NCBI GenBank assembly: GCA_965215565.1
Contig: CBDCDZ010000004.1
Coordinates: forward strand, 4,064,001 to 4,128,000
Origin: Trueperaceae bacterium
GTDB taxonomy: Bacteria; Deinococcota; Deinococci; Deinococcales; Trueperaceae
Direction of reading: 5' to 3'
Length of the DNA: 64,000 bases
Both the position numbers and the translations under genes were made by a program. Of the stretch, positions 33,146 through 44,325 are shown one piece after another. The notes below the pieces were generated by a model. It was not told where the DNA came from, did no database searches, and saw only the letters and a list, made by a program, of their open reading frames with translations. Within the stretch, counting starts at the first letter, position 1. The number at the start of each line of letters is the position of its first letter.

Positions 33146-33173
33146 AAAATAGCGAGGCGTAAGCGGCCTCGCT
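33146..33173 (-). terminator. Intrinsic terminator after rpsO
   Basis: AGCGAGGC-gtaagcg-GCCTCGCT with adjacent A run. Confidence 0.7.
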
Positions 33174-33214
33174 CCAAAGCTCATTTGAAGGTGCAAATTG
33201 ATGCGTGAGTGGGT

Positions 33215-33484
33215 TTAACGGCGTAATCCGAGCCGCCCAATCAGCGTTTTATAACCCTCGAAGTCCTTCTGCTCTAAATATTTGAGAAGGCGTTTGCGCT
33301 TACCCACCATCATTAGCAGACCGCGCCGTCCGTGATGATCTTTTCTATTCGCTTGGAGGTGCTCACTCAAGGACTGAATCTGCGCCGTGAGCATAGCGAC
33401 TTGCACTTCAGTTGAGCCGGTGTCGCCCTCTTGCGTACCGTATTCGGAAAATATCTCTTGCTTGTGTTCTTTGCTTAGTGCCAT
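33215..33484 (-). CDS. rpsO: 30S ribosomal protein S15
   Basis: [19 protein letters not shown] and LGLRR; AAAGGA RBS. Confidence 0.98.
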   Translation of the reverse strand: MALSKEHKQEIFSEYGTQEGDTGSTEVQVAMLTAQIQSLSEHLQANRKDHHGRRGLLMMVGKRKRLLKYLEQKDFEGYKTLIGRLGLRR

Positions 33485-33546
33485 AATTGAGTTCCTTTCA
33501 GGTAGACCAGCGTAGACGCTGTGGCGCAGCGTGAACCCCAGTCCCC

Positions 33547-33654
33547 TAGCAGGTATCATCTGGTCAAAAACGCGCTTAGTCTGATGGTGTATTGCTCAGC
33601 TTGAACGTCGATGGATGATATCTGCGCTGCACAAGCCTATTGCTTGGCAACGCT
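33547..33654 (+). mobile_element. TAGC-family MITE (divergent) upstream of rpsO
   Basis: TAGCAGGTATCATCTGGTC...GATGATATCTGCGC. Confidence 0.7.
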
Positions 33655-33750
33655 CGAGTCTAACACGCCTTCGTGAGGCAGTTCAAAGAGGGGACTACAG
33701 AAACTTTAGTAGGGCTAACGAAGGAACGTCATCCCTGTAAAATCACCTCT

Positions 33751-34614
33751 ATGCCTCCTCAGCCCGAGCCCGCGCTGCTCGAGTTCCTACGAAACGAACT
33801 AGGAAGCTTTGAAGTCATCCGCTTTTGCGGCTGGGACCACGCCGAGTCGAACGTGTGGGAAGTTTCCGCGAACGGTAAACGTTACTATCTCAAGCAGCAT
33901 AAGCAGCCACGCAAGTTTCAGCAAGAGGTCTACGCTTATCAAAATTGGACACCTCAGTTGCATCCTTTCGTACCTCAACTCACCGCCGTCAAGGAAAAAC
34001 CGAACGCGCTGCTTCTATCCGCCTTGCCAGGCGCACTCGTCCAAGAGACCGCGCTAGATGAGGCTCAGGAGCGAGAGGTCTACCGCCGAGCGGGGGCATT
34101 TTTGCGCCGACTTCACGACTCGCCTTTTGAAGATACCGATAGCGTACTCCTTGCTGATGCGCTTCTCAAGAGGTCGAAGGCGTGGGTCAAGCGGGGAGAG
34201 GAGGTGCTAGGGCCGCGAACAGTGGATTGGGTGAGGGGACGGCTCGAGGAGGCCGTGAATATTACCCGAGAAAGAGGTTGGACGCGCGTCCCCTGCCACC
34301 GCGACTACACCGCCCGCAACTGGCTCTTAGAGGGTGAAGACTTCTACGTCATCGACTTCGAGCACGCCAAGCCTGACCTCTTCTTGTCGGACTTTGAACG
34401 GTTGTGGAGCCTGGTATGGCAGCGCCGCCCAGGCTTGGAGACCGCCTTCTTTGAGGGTTACGGGCGCAGCTTGACGGACGACGAGGCGGGGGTTTTAGAG
34501 CGGTTGGCGGCGCACGGGGCGCTCGTGACGGTAGTGTGGGCGCGGGAGCACGGCGATAGAGAATTCGAGCAGCAGGGGAGAGCGGTGCTGGAGCGGTTGC
34601 GAGGCTTGCTATGA
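33751..34614 (+). CDS. Aminoglycoside phosphotransferase (APH) family kinase
   Basis: YLKQ, CHRDYTARNWL and VIDFE motifs. Confidence 0.85.
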   Translation: MPPQPEPALLEFLRNELGSFEVIRFCGWDHAESNVWEVSANGKRYYLKQHKQPRKFQQEVYAYQNWTPQLHPFVPQLTAVKEKPNALLLSALPGALVQETALDEAQEREVYRRAGAFLRRLHDSPFEDTDSVLLADALLKRSKAWVKRGEEVLGPRTVDWVRGRLEEAVNITRERGWTRVPCHRDYTARNWLLEGEDFYVIDFEHAKPDLFLSDFERLWSLVWQRRPGLETAFFEGYGRSLTDDEAGVLERLAAHGALVTVVWAREHGDREFEQQGRAVLERLRGLL

Positions 34615-34702
34615 GCGCACCTCTTGTTCTAAACGCTCGAGCCCTACCGATAAGCCTTTGTGAGCGAACTGACTTCCAAATCCAAGAATGCCACTTTTCA
34701 AA

Positions 34703-34976
34703 TAGCAGTTCTCATTGCTTGGACGAAGTCATGCGAAGTAACACTTCTCCGCAGATTTCACAGCTTCGCTGTAACGGAACTTCATCCCTGAAAGTGCGTG
34801 CTAAGTACTCCAGCCTAAATAATCTAAACTATTTTGGAAAGATTTCTCCCTGTAAGATGCGTTTCGTCAACCTCTTTAGTTTAGGTTATTTCCACGCACC
34901 TACTTAGGCAATGTTCTTTTTAGTGAGAGTGTTACTTCGTATAGCTTCGCTCAAGCTGACCAAATGATACCTGCTA
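34703..34976 (-). mobile_element. TAGC-family MITE, long composite copy
   Basis: TAGCAGTT...AATGATACCTGCTA ends, TTCATCCCTGAAAGTGCGTGC core, extra inverted repeats. Confidence 0.75.
34804..34904 (-). mobile_element. AGTA...TACT-family MITE nested in the TAGC element
   Basis: TA on both sides; reverse complement aligns with 7837-7938. Confidence 0.8.
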
Positions 34977-35298
34977 AAAAAATACGGGTTTTAAGAAAGG
35001 TGAACTCAAGTGGCGAAAACCTCGGGGAAACGCCCGCTCCCCGCAAAAACCGCGCGCTTTCCCCTTTTTTGTCAAACTAAGGTACAATGGGATGATAGAC
35101 AAGCAGCCCCCACCCTGCCATAATCGAGGGTAGAGGCTACGGTTTAGACTGCACGATGATCAGGCTGCGTAATGTCAGGTTGCATCATGGAGCAGCGGCA
35201 GACTGTAGTGCGTGTCTAAAATGCGTGTATGTAAAGCGCTTGTGCATATAGTCTGTCGAAGGCGTCTGTAAAAGGTGGACCAGAGGGAGGAGTGTACC

Positions 35299-36027
35299 TT
35301 GGCGGGTCATAGCAAATGGTCGCAAATCAAGCGCAAAAAAGCGGCTAACGACAAGGAGCGCAGCAAGGCGATCAGCAAGCACATCCGCGCGATTCAAGCT
35401 GCGGTGCGCGAGGGTGGCAGCGGCGATCCTAGCGCGAATTTGCCGCTTAAAAACGCTCTCTCGGCGGCGAAGACCGACGACGTTCCCCAGGACAACATCG
35501 AACGCGCTATCGAACGTGCGTTAGGCGGCGCTGAAGGGGGCGGCTTCGACGAGGTGATGTACGAGGGATATGGGCCCGCGGGCGTCGCGGTGCTCGTCGA
35601 GGCGCTTACAGACAACCGCAACCGCACCGTCGCCGAGGTGCGGCACGCTTTTAGCAAGCACGAGGGCAACATGTCGGGCGCGACTGCGTGGCAGTTCGAC
35701 GCCAAGGGCGTAATCGTGCTGAGCGACACGGGTGAGCGCGCGCAAGAACTCGCCATCGAGCTGGGCGCGCAAGACCTCGAGGTTGAGGAGGGTCTCTTGA
35801 CGGTTTATACTGAGCCCGCTGACCTCTACACGCTAGTCGAAGGGTTTCAAGAGGTGGGTTTCGAGCCCGAGGTGAGCCAGTTGACCAAACTGCCGCAGAC
35901 GACGACGCCCATAAGTGGTGAAGACGCGGGCAAGGTAGTAAGACTTTTAGAGGCGTTAGAAGAACTCGACGACGTGCAAAGTGTCTACAGCACCGCTGAC
36001 TTGAGCAGCGTGAGCGAACCCGTTTAG
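35299..36027 (+). CDS. yebC: YebC/PmpR family protein
   Basis: AGHSKW, YEGYGP.G and TDNRNRT motifs; GGAGGAG RBS before TTG. Confidence 0.95.
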   Translation: MAGHSKWSQIKRKKAANDKERSKAISKHIRAIQAAVREGGSGDPSANLPLKNALSAAKTDDVPQDNIERAIERALGGAEGGGFDEVMYEGYGPAGVAVLVEALTDNRNRTVAEVRHAFSKHEGNMSGATAWQFDAKGVIVLSDTGERAQELAIELGAQDLEVEEGLLTVYTEPADLYTLVEGFQEVGFEPEVSQLTKLPQTTTPISGEDAGKVVRLLEALEELDDVQSVYSTADLSSVSEPV

Positions 36028-36816
36028 GTGGCTGATATGACGATGGCAAATAAGATGGTGGCAAAGATGACCAACAAGATGGCGGATGATTCCAACGCGG
36101 CTCACAGACCAGACGTTCCGACGCTGAGCTGGGACAACTTGCAAAAGGTGAACGCTTCGCAGATGCAGCATATCTCCCTCTTGGCAACGGGCAAGTACGG
36201 GTTCGATATGCGCGTGCTCATGGAGGAGGCGGGCAAGAGCCTAGCGAATTTAGCCGCTCACCTCACGCCTAAGGGTCCGTCGCTCGTCGTCGCGGGGCGC
36301 GGCAACAACGGCGGCGCGGGGCTCGCGGCGGCGCGCTACCTAGCCGAGATGGGCAGACCCGTATGGGTCGTGCCGACGCACGAGGCGGAGAACTATTCGG
36401 GCGTGCCTAAAGAGCAGCTCGAGAAGCTCAGCGAATATAAAAATATCCGCGTGCGTAGCGGCTTACCCAAGATGAAGTTCCAGTGCATCATCGACACGGC
36501 GGTAGGGATTCACTTAGAGGGTCCCCCGAGGGGGCGCACGCTCGACGTCATCACGGTGCTTAACAGCATGAACGGTTGTCCCATCATCTCGCTCGACGCG
36601 CCTACCGGCATGGACGTCAACGACGGCAGCGTACCCGGCGACGTCGTGCAGGCCACGGCGACGCTGTCGCTCGTGCTGCCCAAGGCGGGCGTCAGGCCCG
36701 GCGGTCACGTCGGCGAACTGTACCTGGCAGGACTCGGTCTGCCCGAAGACCTCTTCGGCGATCTCGGCCTAGAGCCCTTCGCGCCGCCCGCCCCCTGGGG
36801 AAGAATCTCGGAGTAG
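36028..36816 (+). CDS. nnrE: NAD(P)HX epimerase (stand-alone YjeF N-terminal domain)
   Basis: LMEEAG, GRGNNGG.G, DTAVG and SLDAPTG motifs. Confidence 0.8.
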   Translation: MADMTMANKMVAKMTNKMADDSNAAHRPDVPTLSWDNLQKVNASQMQHISLLATGKYGFDMRVLMEEAGKSLANLAAHLTPKGPSLVVAGRGNNGGAGLAAARYLAEMGRPVWVVPTHEAENYSGVPKEQLEKLSEYKNIRVRSGLPKMKFQCIIDTAVGIHLEGPPRGRTLDVITVLNSMNGCPIISLDAPTGMDVNDGSVPGDVVQATATLSLVLPKAGVRPGGHVGELYLAGLGLPEDLFGDLGLEPFAPPAPWGRISE

Positions 36817-37017
36817 GTGGCGCATCTCGAGCCCGCCGACGCAAGTCCCTCATCCGTTTTTACACCTCTTGCAAAAGGGCTTGCAGCGCTCTATCAACTC
36901 TGACCTTTAGCAATTGCCACGTTTTAAGGTCTGTCTTCTGCTCATAGAATCTGACGCCCGACTGAGAACCCCGTTCTGCTCGTAACGGGGTCTTTCAACC
37001 CGCTCGGCAAGTTGATA

Positions 37018-37173
37018 TAGCAGGTATCATCTGGTCAGAGACACTCTCACTTTGTGAAACGCTGTTTCCTGCGGAAAACTTCGTAATTAGCACGCACTTT
37101 GAGGGATGAAATTCCGCTAGCTCTGCGAGCTGAGACCTGCGTTCAACTGTCTCAGTGTGTCGTGGAACTGCTT
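37018..37173 (+). mobile_element. TAGC-family MITE
   Basis: Near-identical to the reverse complement of 57443-57577 plus 21 extra nt. Confidence 0.88.
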
Positions 37174-37440
37174 ATAGAAGCTCTGCAACGCGGTTTTCGA
37201 CCCTCGCGCTTCTACAAAGATGTCACGTGAACTACATGGTAGCGCGGTGACTTTATCTGCGTGCGTTCTGTACCAATGACAAAGCGCCCCTTATGAGATG
37301 TGCCCCCCATGAAATGTGTCTGTTACAAGCTGTACCTGCTGCCGGTTTCACCCAGTGACTAAAGCGGGCGCTATGATAAAGGCTATGCAAAGTCAACACA
37401 TTGCCGCCCCCCTTTACGCCTACTTTCCCTTTGTTCTCGC

Positions 37441-38034
37441 ATGATCGCTTACCTCGACGGCGTCGTCTCCGAAATCCGCGACAACAGCGTCGTGATTCAG
37501 TCGGGCGCGTTCGGCATGGAGGTCTTTGCGCCCAAAGCCACGCTCATCGTCTGCAAAGTCGGCTCGGCTCTGAGGCTCCACACCTACTTGCTCGTCAAAG
37601 AGGACCTGCTCGCGCTCTACGGTTTTCACAACAAGGACATGCATACGCTCTTCACCTACCTCATCGGCGTGTCGGGCGTCGGACCCAAGCTCGCACTCGC
37701 GATGCTCTCGTCTATGCAGACGACAATCCTTGCGGGCGCAATCTTAGGCGGTGACGCGGGACTCTTGTCCTCCGCGCCCGGCGTGGGCAAGCGGATGGCG
37801 GAGCGCATCATCCTAGACCTTAAAAACAAGCTGCCTGAGGAGTTGCTGGCGGCGTCGGGCGGCGCGCGCCCCACCGTGCTCACCTCGCAAGCGGGCGAGG
37901 ACGCCGTGGAAGCCCTGCTCGCGCTGGGCTACCGGGAGTCGCAAGTCAAGGGTGTGGTAGCCGAACTCGCGCTGCAAGACCCCGAGGCGGGCGCAGAGGT
38001 GTTGATTCGCAAGGCGCTCGCCAAGTTGCGTTAG
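37441..38034 (+). CDS. ruvA: Holliday junction branch migration protein RuvA
   Basis: MIAYLDG, LYGF, VSGVGPKLA, PGVGKR.AERI and ALLALGY motifs. Confidence 0.96.
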   Translation: MIAYLDGVVSEIRDNSVVIQSGAFGMEVFAPKATLIVCKVGSALRLHTYLLVKEDLLALYGFHNKDMHTLFTYLIGVSGVGPKLALAMLSSMQTTILAGAILGGDAGLLSSAPGVGKRMAERIILDLKNKLPEELLAASGGARPTVLTSQAGEDAVEALLALGYRESQVKGVVAELALQDPEAGAEVLIRKALAKLR

Positions 38035-38115
38035 TCTATCAAGTATCAAAAAAAGCGCGCGCTCGAATCCAAACGATGGGCACGCAACGTTTGAGACCTG
38101 AGGATAACGCCGTCA

Positions 38116-38223
38116 GTAAGGGCGGGTTTCAAAACCCGCCCCTACACGTTTATGCGCTCCTGTACCTGCTGACAATGCGGCTCGGTAGGGGGACATGGTG
38201 AGTGCTGTACGAATCACCCCTAC
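38116..38223. repeat. Two GTAG-type REP-like palindromes
   Basis: GTAAGGGCGGGTTTCAAAACCCGCCCCTAC and GTAGGGGG...GAATCACCCCTAC. Confidence 0.7.
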
Positions 38224-38540
38224 GCCGTTTCAGAAATACACAGAAATAACCAGGACTTACGCATGTAAAACTTTAAGGAGATAGTCGTCATCCCAACTCA
38301 CCCTGCTGCGCTTAGCTTTGATACTGGCTTTAAGCGTTGATTCTTGCTTGAGCTGATTGAGGGCTAGATGGCGCAAGGTAACGAGGTTAGCTTGCGCGTT
38401 CTGCGTTCTCGCTCTGCTTTCGTCTTCCCTGAAAGCGACATCTAAAGTTCAGTGTAGCCCGTTTTCGATACCCCAGTGAGCACGCACCGCGTAAGCCAGC
38501 GTTTGCGCGTCCGTGAGGCTGTTCAGGAAGTAGCCGACTC

Positions 38541-39437
38541 TTAGGGGTCGCCTTTGTCGTGTTGGGCAAGAACAAACGACAATACTGCCCCGTTCCAAGC
38601 TGCTGTTTGTTCAATATGAGCCAGATGTCCTACTCCGTCAATAAGGTTAAGTTTTGCGTCCGTAAGACGTTCTTTTAAGCGTACAGCGACACTTGAAGGG
38701 AACCGCATGTCGTTCTCGCCGTGCAAAATAAGGGTAGGCAAGTCAGCCTTTTGCAGCACCTTTTCGTAGTTGGGAGCGTTGGCGTCTCGGAGTGTTCCCG
38801 CTCGCCAAGCGCCCATCCACTCACCGGAAAAACGGATACGGTCAAGGACCCCTCGAGCCTCCCCAAGCTTCTCGAGGTCGTAAACATCAAGCGGTAAGGT
38901 TACGTGAGCGAGCCGAACCGTACGCGCCTCGTCACTCAGGTCAGGAGAAGAGAAGATGTGTGCAACTTCTCCTTGTATCTCTGTGTTATAACGCTCTCGG
39001 TACTCCGCCCAGCCGTCTAAATCTTCTTGATAGTCCGAATAAGCTGTGGTGGAGGCGAGAACAAGCCGCTCTACATACGCTGGATAGAGGTGCAAAAAGC
39101 GCATAGCAACTTGTCCACCGTAGGAAAAGCCAAGAAGCGTAACCTTAGCGAGCCCTAATGCGTCTAAAAGTTGCTTCAAGTCTTCCACAGCGTGGGTAAG
39201 ATGGTAGAGGTTCGGTTTTCCGAAACGCTGTGAGCGTCCACAGCCGCGCAGGTCGAAAAGCGTCAGGCGCATCTGCTCGGAAAGAGACTCGAGGTAAGGT
39301 AGAAAGTAGCTATGGTCCCAGTCGGGTCCGCCGTGTACGATGACTAAGTTCTGAGGACCTCTGCCTAACTGACGGACGAAAAGCTGAACGCCACGCAGTT
39401 GAATCAGCCCGCCCGAAGTCGTTATTTGCGCAGACAT
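38541..39437 (-). CDS. Alpha/beta hydrolase (proline iminopeptidase-like)
   Basis: [23 protein letters not shown] and GH motifs. Confidence 0.88.
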   Translation of the reverse strand: MSAQITTSGGLIQLRGVQLFVRQLGRGPQNLVIVHGGPDWDHSYFLPYLESLSEQMRLTLFDLRGCGRSQRFGKPNLYHLTHAVEDLKQLLDALGLAKVTLLGFSYGGQVAMRFLHLYPAYVERLVLASTTAYSDYQEDLDGWAEYRERYNTEIQGEVAHIFSSPDLSDEARTVRLAHVTLPLDVYDLEKLGEARGVLDRIRFSGEWMGAWRAGTLRDANAPNYEKVLQKADLPTLILHGENDMRFPSSVAVRLKERLTDAKLNLIDGVGHLAHIEQTAAWNGAVLSFVLAQHDKGDP

Positions 39438-39564
39438 AAAGCAAGCGTACATGACGTGGCGAAGACCTTTTAACCTGTATAATCACCCTTTGACAGGACG
39501 CGCAACCAGGCGCACCTCCTCCTTTACAAACAACCCAACTTCATCCAAAAGAATAGAGAGAACT

Positions 39565-41373
39565 ATGAATTACCGAAACATTGCCATCATCGCGCACGTT
39601 GACCACGGCAAAACGACGCTTGTAGATGGGATGCTCAAGCAGTCGCACATCTTCCGCGACAATCAAGAGGTCATGGACCGCGTCATGGACTCGAACGACT
39701 TGGAGCGCGAGCGCGGCATCACCATCCTGGCGAAAAATACCGCTGTGGAGTGGGAAGGTACGAAAATTAACATCGTGGATACGCCCGGTCACGCCGATTT
39801 CGGTGGTGAGGTCGAGCGGGCGCTAGGCTTAGTGGACGGCGTGCTCCTACTCGTGGACGCCGCCGAAGGTCCAATGCCGCAGACGCGCTTTGTGCTCGGT
39901 AAAGCCTTGGCAAGAGGGCTCAAACCGATCGTCGTTATCAACAAAATCGACCGCAAGGACGCTCGTCCCGATGAGGTAGTGAACCTCACCTTTGATTTGA
40001 TGGTCGAACTCGGTGCGGACGACGAGCAGTTGGACTTCCCCATCGTCTACGCAATTGCTCGAGACGGACAAGCCTGGTTGGAGTTAGAGAACCCTGGCGA
40101 CAATTTAGAGCCGCTCTTCGAAACCATCTTAGAGCAAATCCCCGCCGCTAAAGTGGACACCGACGCGCCCTTCCAGCTTCAAGTAACGAACCTCGACTAC
40201 TCGGACTACTTAGGGCGCTTAGCGCTCGGACACGTGAAGCGTGGCACTTTGAAGAAGAACGACAGCGTGGTGCGTATCGCTCGCGACGGGTCGCAGGTTC
40301 GCTCGAGAGTCACCAAACTCTACACACACATGGGCTTAGCCCGCGTCGAAGTCGAAGAGGTCTCGGCGGGCGACATCATCGCGCTTTCGGGCGTGGATGA
40401 GGTGCAAATCGGCGATACGCTCACCGACCCCAACACGCCCGACGCGCTGCCCGTCGTGAGCGTGGACGAGCCTACCATCAGCATGACCTTTGCGCCGAAT
40501 ACGAGCCCTTTTGCGGGCAAAGAGGGCAAGTACGTCACTTCGCGCCACCTCAAAGACCGCCTGGAGCGCGAACTCCTCACCAACGTCGCCCTGCGCGTCG
40601 AAGAACTCGGCAGCGAGCAGTTCCGCGTGGCGGGGCGCGGCGAGTTGCACCTCTCGATTCTGATTGAACAGATGCGCCGCGAGGGGTACGAGTTTGCGGT
40701 CTCACGCCCGGAAGTCATCATGAGAGAGGTGGATGGGCAGACCTTAGAACCCTACGAGCACGTCGTTGCTGATGTTCCCGAAAGCGCGATGGGCAGCGTG
40801 ATTGAATCGCTCTCCGGGCGCAAAGGGACGTTGCTCAACATGGCGCAAGAAGGGGGCAGGACGAGGCTCGAGTTCTCCATCCCCAGCCGCGCGTTGTTCG
40901 GCTACCGCACCCAGTTCTTGTCCATGACCCAAGGCGAAGGACTCTTAAACCATGTCTTCGACGGCTACGAGCCCGTCCTCAAAGACCTCAAGACGCGCCA
41001 GAGCGGGTCTTTGGTCGTGATGGAGCCCGGTGAAGTCTTCGCCTACTCGCTCTACAAGCTGCAAGACCGAGGTACGTTCTTCGTAGACCCCGGTACAGAG
41101 GTCTACGTCGGGATGATCGTCGGGGCGAACGCTCGCATGGGCGATTTGAATATCAACGTGACGAAGAACAAGAAGCTGACTAACGTACGGGCTTCAGGCA
41201 GTGACGACAACATCAACCTCACGCCGCCTAAGAAGCTGACCTTGGAAGAGGCGTTGGAGTACATCGCTGACGACGAACTCGTCGAGGTGACGCCGCAGAG
41301 TATTCGCCTTCGCAAGCGCGTCTTGGACCCCGGGATGCGGAAGCGGACGGAGAAGGTGGCGGCGACGAGTTAG
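39565..41373 (+). CDS. typA: Translational GTPase TypA/BipA
   Basis: [28 protein letters not shown] and KKLTNVRA motifs. Confidence 0.98.
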   Translation: MNYRNIAIIAHVDHGKTTLVDGMLKQSHIFRDNQEVMDRVMDSNDLERERGITILAKNTAVEWEGTKINIVDTPGHADFGGEVERALGLVDGVLLLVDAAEGPMPQTRFVLGKALARGLKPIVVINKIDRKDARPDEVVNLTFDLMVELGADDEQLDFPIVYAIARDGQAWLELENPGDNLEPLFETILEQIPAAKVDTDAPFQLQVTNLDYSDYLGRLALGHVKRGTLKKNDSVVRIARDGSQVRSRVTKLYTHMGLARVEVEEVSAGDIIALSGVDEVQIGDTLTDPNTPDALPVVSVDEPTISMTFAPNTSPFAGKEGKYVTSRHLKDRLERELLTNVALRVEELGSEQFRVAGRGELHLSILIEQMRREGYEFAVSRPEVIMREVDGQTLEPYEHVVADVPESAMGSVIESLSGRKGTLLNMAQEGGRTRLEFSIPSRALFGYRTQFLSMTQGEGLLNHVFDGYEPVLKDLKTRQSGSLVVMEPGEVFAYSLYKLQDRGTFFVDPGTEVYVGMIVGANARMGDLNINVTKNKKLTNVRASGSDDNINLTPPKKLTLEEALEYIADDELVEVTPQSIRLRKRVLDPGMRKRTEKVAATS

Positions 41374-41528
41374 AGGATAACGCCGAAAACTGCTAAAAGA
41401 GCGATGATGCCAAAGATGGCGAAGATGATATAAGCTACCTTGACGCTCGGTTTTTTAGAGGTGCGCCCCCAGAGGTGGACGTTAAAGTCCTCCTCTTTTT
41501 CTTTGGATTCGTTTTCCCTATTCGCCAT
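41370..41528 (-). CDS. Small C-terminally anchored membrane protein
   Basis: GGAGG RBS; charged N-terminus and hydrophobic C-terminus. Confidence 0.5.
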   Translation of the reverse strand: MANRENESKEKEEDFNVHLWGRTSKKPSVKVAYIIFAIFGIIALLAVFGVIL

Positions 41529-41573
41529 AACGCCCTCCGCATTACTCGGTTTTGCTGATACTATGAAGTTCCT

Positions 41574-42365
41574 ATGACTCGGCAAGTCCCTATTACGCTC
41601 GCGCAGTTTCCTATCAGCTTAAATGTTCGGGATAATTTAACCGTGATGACCGATATTATCACTGAAGCAAACGCTGGCGACGTGGTTGTTTTCCCTGAAG
41701 GGGCTTTGTCTGGCTACGACACGGACGTGAGCTTTCTAGCGGACATTGACACGACTTTATTAGACGAGGGACTCAAAACGCTACGGGACGTTTCTCAGCA
41801 AGCAGGTGTTCATCTTATCTTTGGCTCTTGTATCTGTGAGGCGGGGAGGTGGTTCAACGCGGGTATCTACTACGCTGCTGGCAACACGTTCATCTACAAA
41901 AAGATAAATCTAGCGACGAATGAGCGCGGCGTTTTTCGCTCAGGCGATGCTCTTCCAACCTTTCAAGTGCGTATTGGAGACTCGAGTTTTACCGCAGGTA
42001 TTCAGCTCTGTAGAGAGATACGCTTTCCCGAACAGTGGCAACACCTCTCTCGTTCCGGCGCTGAGGTCATCTTCTATCTAACGAACGCGGTAGGCGATAG
42101 CAAGGAAGCGCTCGTTTGGGACGCTCACCTCATCAGCCGCGCGGCTGAAAATCAACGCTTCGTCGTGGCTGCGAATAATGCTCACGCTGAGCAAAAATGC
42201 TCTACGATGATTGTGAGTCCATCGGGTAAAGTGCTTCATAAGGTCAGTTCGGCTGAGACAGAAATTGTACGTGAAACGATAGATTTAGAGGCTGTCTCCA
42301 ACTGGTATCTTGACCAAGCTCGAGTGGACGTTATCGAAGTTGTCTGTCATGCAACCGAGGCGTAA
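41574..42365 (+). CDS. Carbon-nitrogen hydrolase family
   Basis: FPE, YKK, LCREIRFPE and RAAENQ motifs. Confidence 0.9.
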   Translation: MTRQVPITLAQFPISLNVRDNLTVMTDIITEANAGDVVVFPEGALSGYDTDVSFLADIDTTLLDEGLKTLRDVSQQAGVHLIFGSCICEAGRWFNAGIYYAAGNTFIYKKINLATNERGVFRSGDALPTFQVRIGDSSFTAGIQLCREIRFPEQWQHLSRSGAEVIFYLTNAVGDSKEALVWDAHLISRAAENQRFVVAANNAHAEQKCSTMIVSPSGKVLHKVSSAETEIVRETIDLEAVSNWYLDQARVDVIEVVCHATEA

Positions 42366-42367
42366 AA

Positions 42368-42949
42368 ATGACACCTAATCCCGTTGACCTCTTCCTCGAG
42401 TGGTACAAAACCGCCACTCAAAACAGCCCCCTCAACCATCCCAAAGCAGTTTGTGTCTCTACAGTCAACGCAAGCGGTGAACCCGAAGCGCGGTTCGTCG
42501 CGCTTAAAGAGGTGTCCGGGGCTGGCTTTGTTTTTTGTACGGCGTTCGACTCTCCTAAGGGGCTCGAGCTTGCTGATAACCCCAATGTCGCCTTGACCTT
42601 TTGGTGGGACCACATCGAGCGTCAAGTTAGGGTGAGCGGCACAGCAGCACGCATCTCAGATGAGGAAGCAGATCGATATTTTCAGGGGCGGCGTAAGGAC
42701 GCACAGCTTACCTCTTTGGTATCGGAGCAGAGTCAGCCTTTGGAGCAGCTCGAGCGTTTAGAGAAGAGGTTGCAAGAGGTCGAAGCGCAGTTTGAGGGTC
42801 AAGAGGTACCGCGTCCTGAGAACTGGGGTGGGTACTGCGTGAAACCTAAGAGGCTCGAGTTTCTAAAATTCAAAGCTGACAGACTGCACGAGCGAATGCT
42901 TTTCACTTATGATGTGAATGGCTGGATAAAGCAGTTGCTTCAGCCTTGA
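42368..42949 (+). CDS. pdxH: Pyridoxamine 5'-phosphate oxidase
   Basis: RFVALK, S.KG, RQVRV.G, WGGY, RLHER and LQP motifs. Confidence 0.92.
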   Translation: MTPNPVDLFLEWYKTATQNSPLNHPKAVCVSTVNASGEPEARFVALKEVSGAGFVFCTAFDSPKGLELADNPNVALTFWWDHIERQVRVSGTAARISDEEADRYFQGRRKDAQLTSLVSEQSQPLEQLERLEKRLQEVEAQFEGQEVPRPENWGGYCVKPKRLEFLKFKADRLHERMLFTYDVNGWIKQLLQP

Positions 42950-43025
42950 TTCACTCATGCCTTTTCACCTTGCGGAAGCGTCCGCACCGAGCTACCCACC
43001 TATCCAAATACCTCTTCTCTTCCTG

Positions 43026-44306
43026 TCAACTCATAAGCCCCATTTGCCGTCCATACGTTTCAACAACACGAACAGTGTTCTCGAGGCCACGCTCCTCTCG
43101 AATCGCCGCGCCGAGATGCGCCGCCTTGCGCTGCACCGCTTTATCGGTCGTAACGCGCTGAATGGCTTGGGCAAGCTTCTCTATGGTGAGGTCTTTGCGA
43201 GGAATAGGCGCAGGACCAACGCCCAACGCTTCCACCTGTCGTCCCCAAAACGGCTGATCGCCAAAAAAGGGAATGACCACGTTAGGGACACCCGCCCGCA
43301 AGCCAGCCGCCGTCGTACCTGCCCCGCCGTGATGGATAACAGCCGCCATGCGCGGGAAGAGCCAGGTGTGCGGCACGGCGTCACTCAGGTAGACGTTGCC
43401 CGGTAGGGTTTTGCTCATCAGACCGCCCCACCCTTTGAGCAGGACGGCTCGCTGTCCGGTGCGTTCTAACGCGCTCAGCACCAAGTCAGCGGTTTCTTCC
43501 GGGTTGCGGTTGCCCATGCTGCCGAAGCCGATGTAGAGGGGCGGCGGTCCAGCTTTCAGAAAGCTTTGTAACCCGGCGGGCGGCTGCCACTCGCTTTCGG
43601 GCTCTAAAAACCAATAGCCCGTCATGCGAATATCGGCGTTCCAGTCGGTTGGCTTGGGAATGACGCTCGGGCTAATGCCGTAGAGCATGGGTGCACGGGG
43701 CGTTTTCTTCTGCGGGCGCAGACCCCAGAAGGGCGCGGGGGGTAAGTCGAGTATCTGTCGCCTAGCGAGACGGTCGCCTGCCCTCGAGCTTTGCCACATC
43801 ACCTGCTGAACAAGGCGGTAGCTGAGGCGATTAGCGAACCCGCCGAGTTTAGGCGCATTCGCCGGGACGAGCGGATGGGGAAACTCGCGAGTTGGCGTGA
43901 ACGGTATGACGTAGGACTCGAGCAGCGGCAAGTTGAGCTTTTCAGATAAGGCTCGAGCCAAAAACAGCCCCCCGATTCCCGCGATGAGGAGGTCTACACC
44001 TTCAACCGCGCGTAGTGCGTCCCGCGCCCAGTCAACGGCGAGGGCTTGTGCCAGCTTTGCGGTGCGCTGGTTGATCTTGATGAAGTTTCCCTGTTCGAGT
44101 AGCTCGAGCATCTCCGGTGACTGAGCCACCTCTTGGACGTTGCCCTGCACGGACCAAAAGTCTAAGCCGTTCGCCCGCGCCGTGTCCTCAAAGTTTTCGT
44201 GGGTAATCAGGCGGACGCTGTGGTTGGCGTTTTTGAGGGCAGCGCCGAGTGCGAGGTAGGGTTGTACGTCCCCTTGCGAGCCCAATGAGATAAGTGCGAT
44301 GTTCAT
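43026..44306 (-). CDS. Sterol-glucosyltransferase-like GT-B glycosyltransferase
   Basis: GSQGDVQP, GFGSM, HHGGAGTT and PFFGDQPFWG motifs. Confidence 0.92.
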   Translation of the reverse strand: MNIALISLGSQGDVQPYLALGAALKNANHSVRLITHENFEDTARANGLDFWSVQGNVQEVAQSPEMLELLEQGNFIKINQRTAKLAQALAVDWARDALRAVEGVDLLIAGIGGLFLARALSEKLNLPLLESYVIPFTPTREFPHPLVPANAPKLGGFANRLSYRLVQQVMWQSSRAGDRLARRQILDLPPAPFWGLRPQKKTPRAPMLYGISPSVIPKPTDWNADIRMTGYWFLEPESEWQPPAGLQSFLKAGPPPLYIGFGSMGNRNPEETADLVLSALERTGQRAVLLKGWGGLMSKTLPGNVYLSDAVPHTWLFPRMAAVIHHGGAGTTAAGLRAGVPNVVIPFFGDQPFWGRQVEALGVGPAPIPRKDLTIEKLAQAIQRVTTDKAVQRKAAHLGAAIREERGLENTVRVVETYGRQMGLMS

Positions 44307-44325
44307 AAAATGCTCCTATACTGAG

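Noticed and set aside
34611..34907. ORF after the APH kinase (also ORFs at 7951, 10976 and 22278)
   Set aside because: They are translations of repeat elements
37200..37440. DdrO/RDRM box upstream of ruvA
   Set aside because: No convincing 17-bp palindrome match found by eye
35299..38034. Absence of ruvC/ruvB around yebC-ruvA
   Set aside because: Scattered ruv genes are common; loss cannot be inferred from one window
38250..38500. CAGGACTTACGCA as the end of another MITE
   Set aside because: Only a poor opposite end and a single copy in the window
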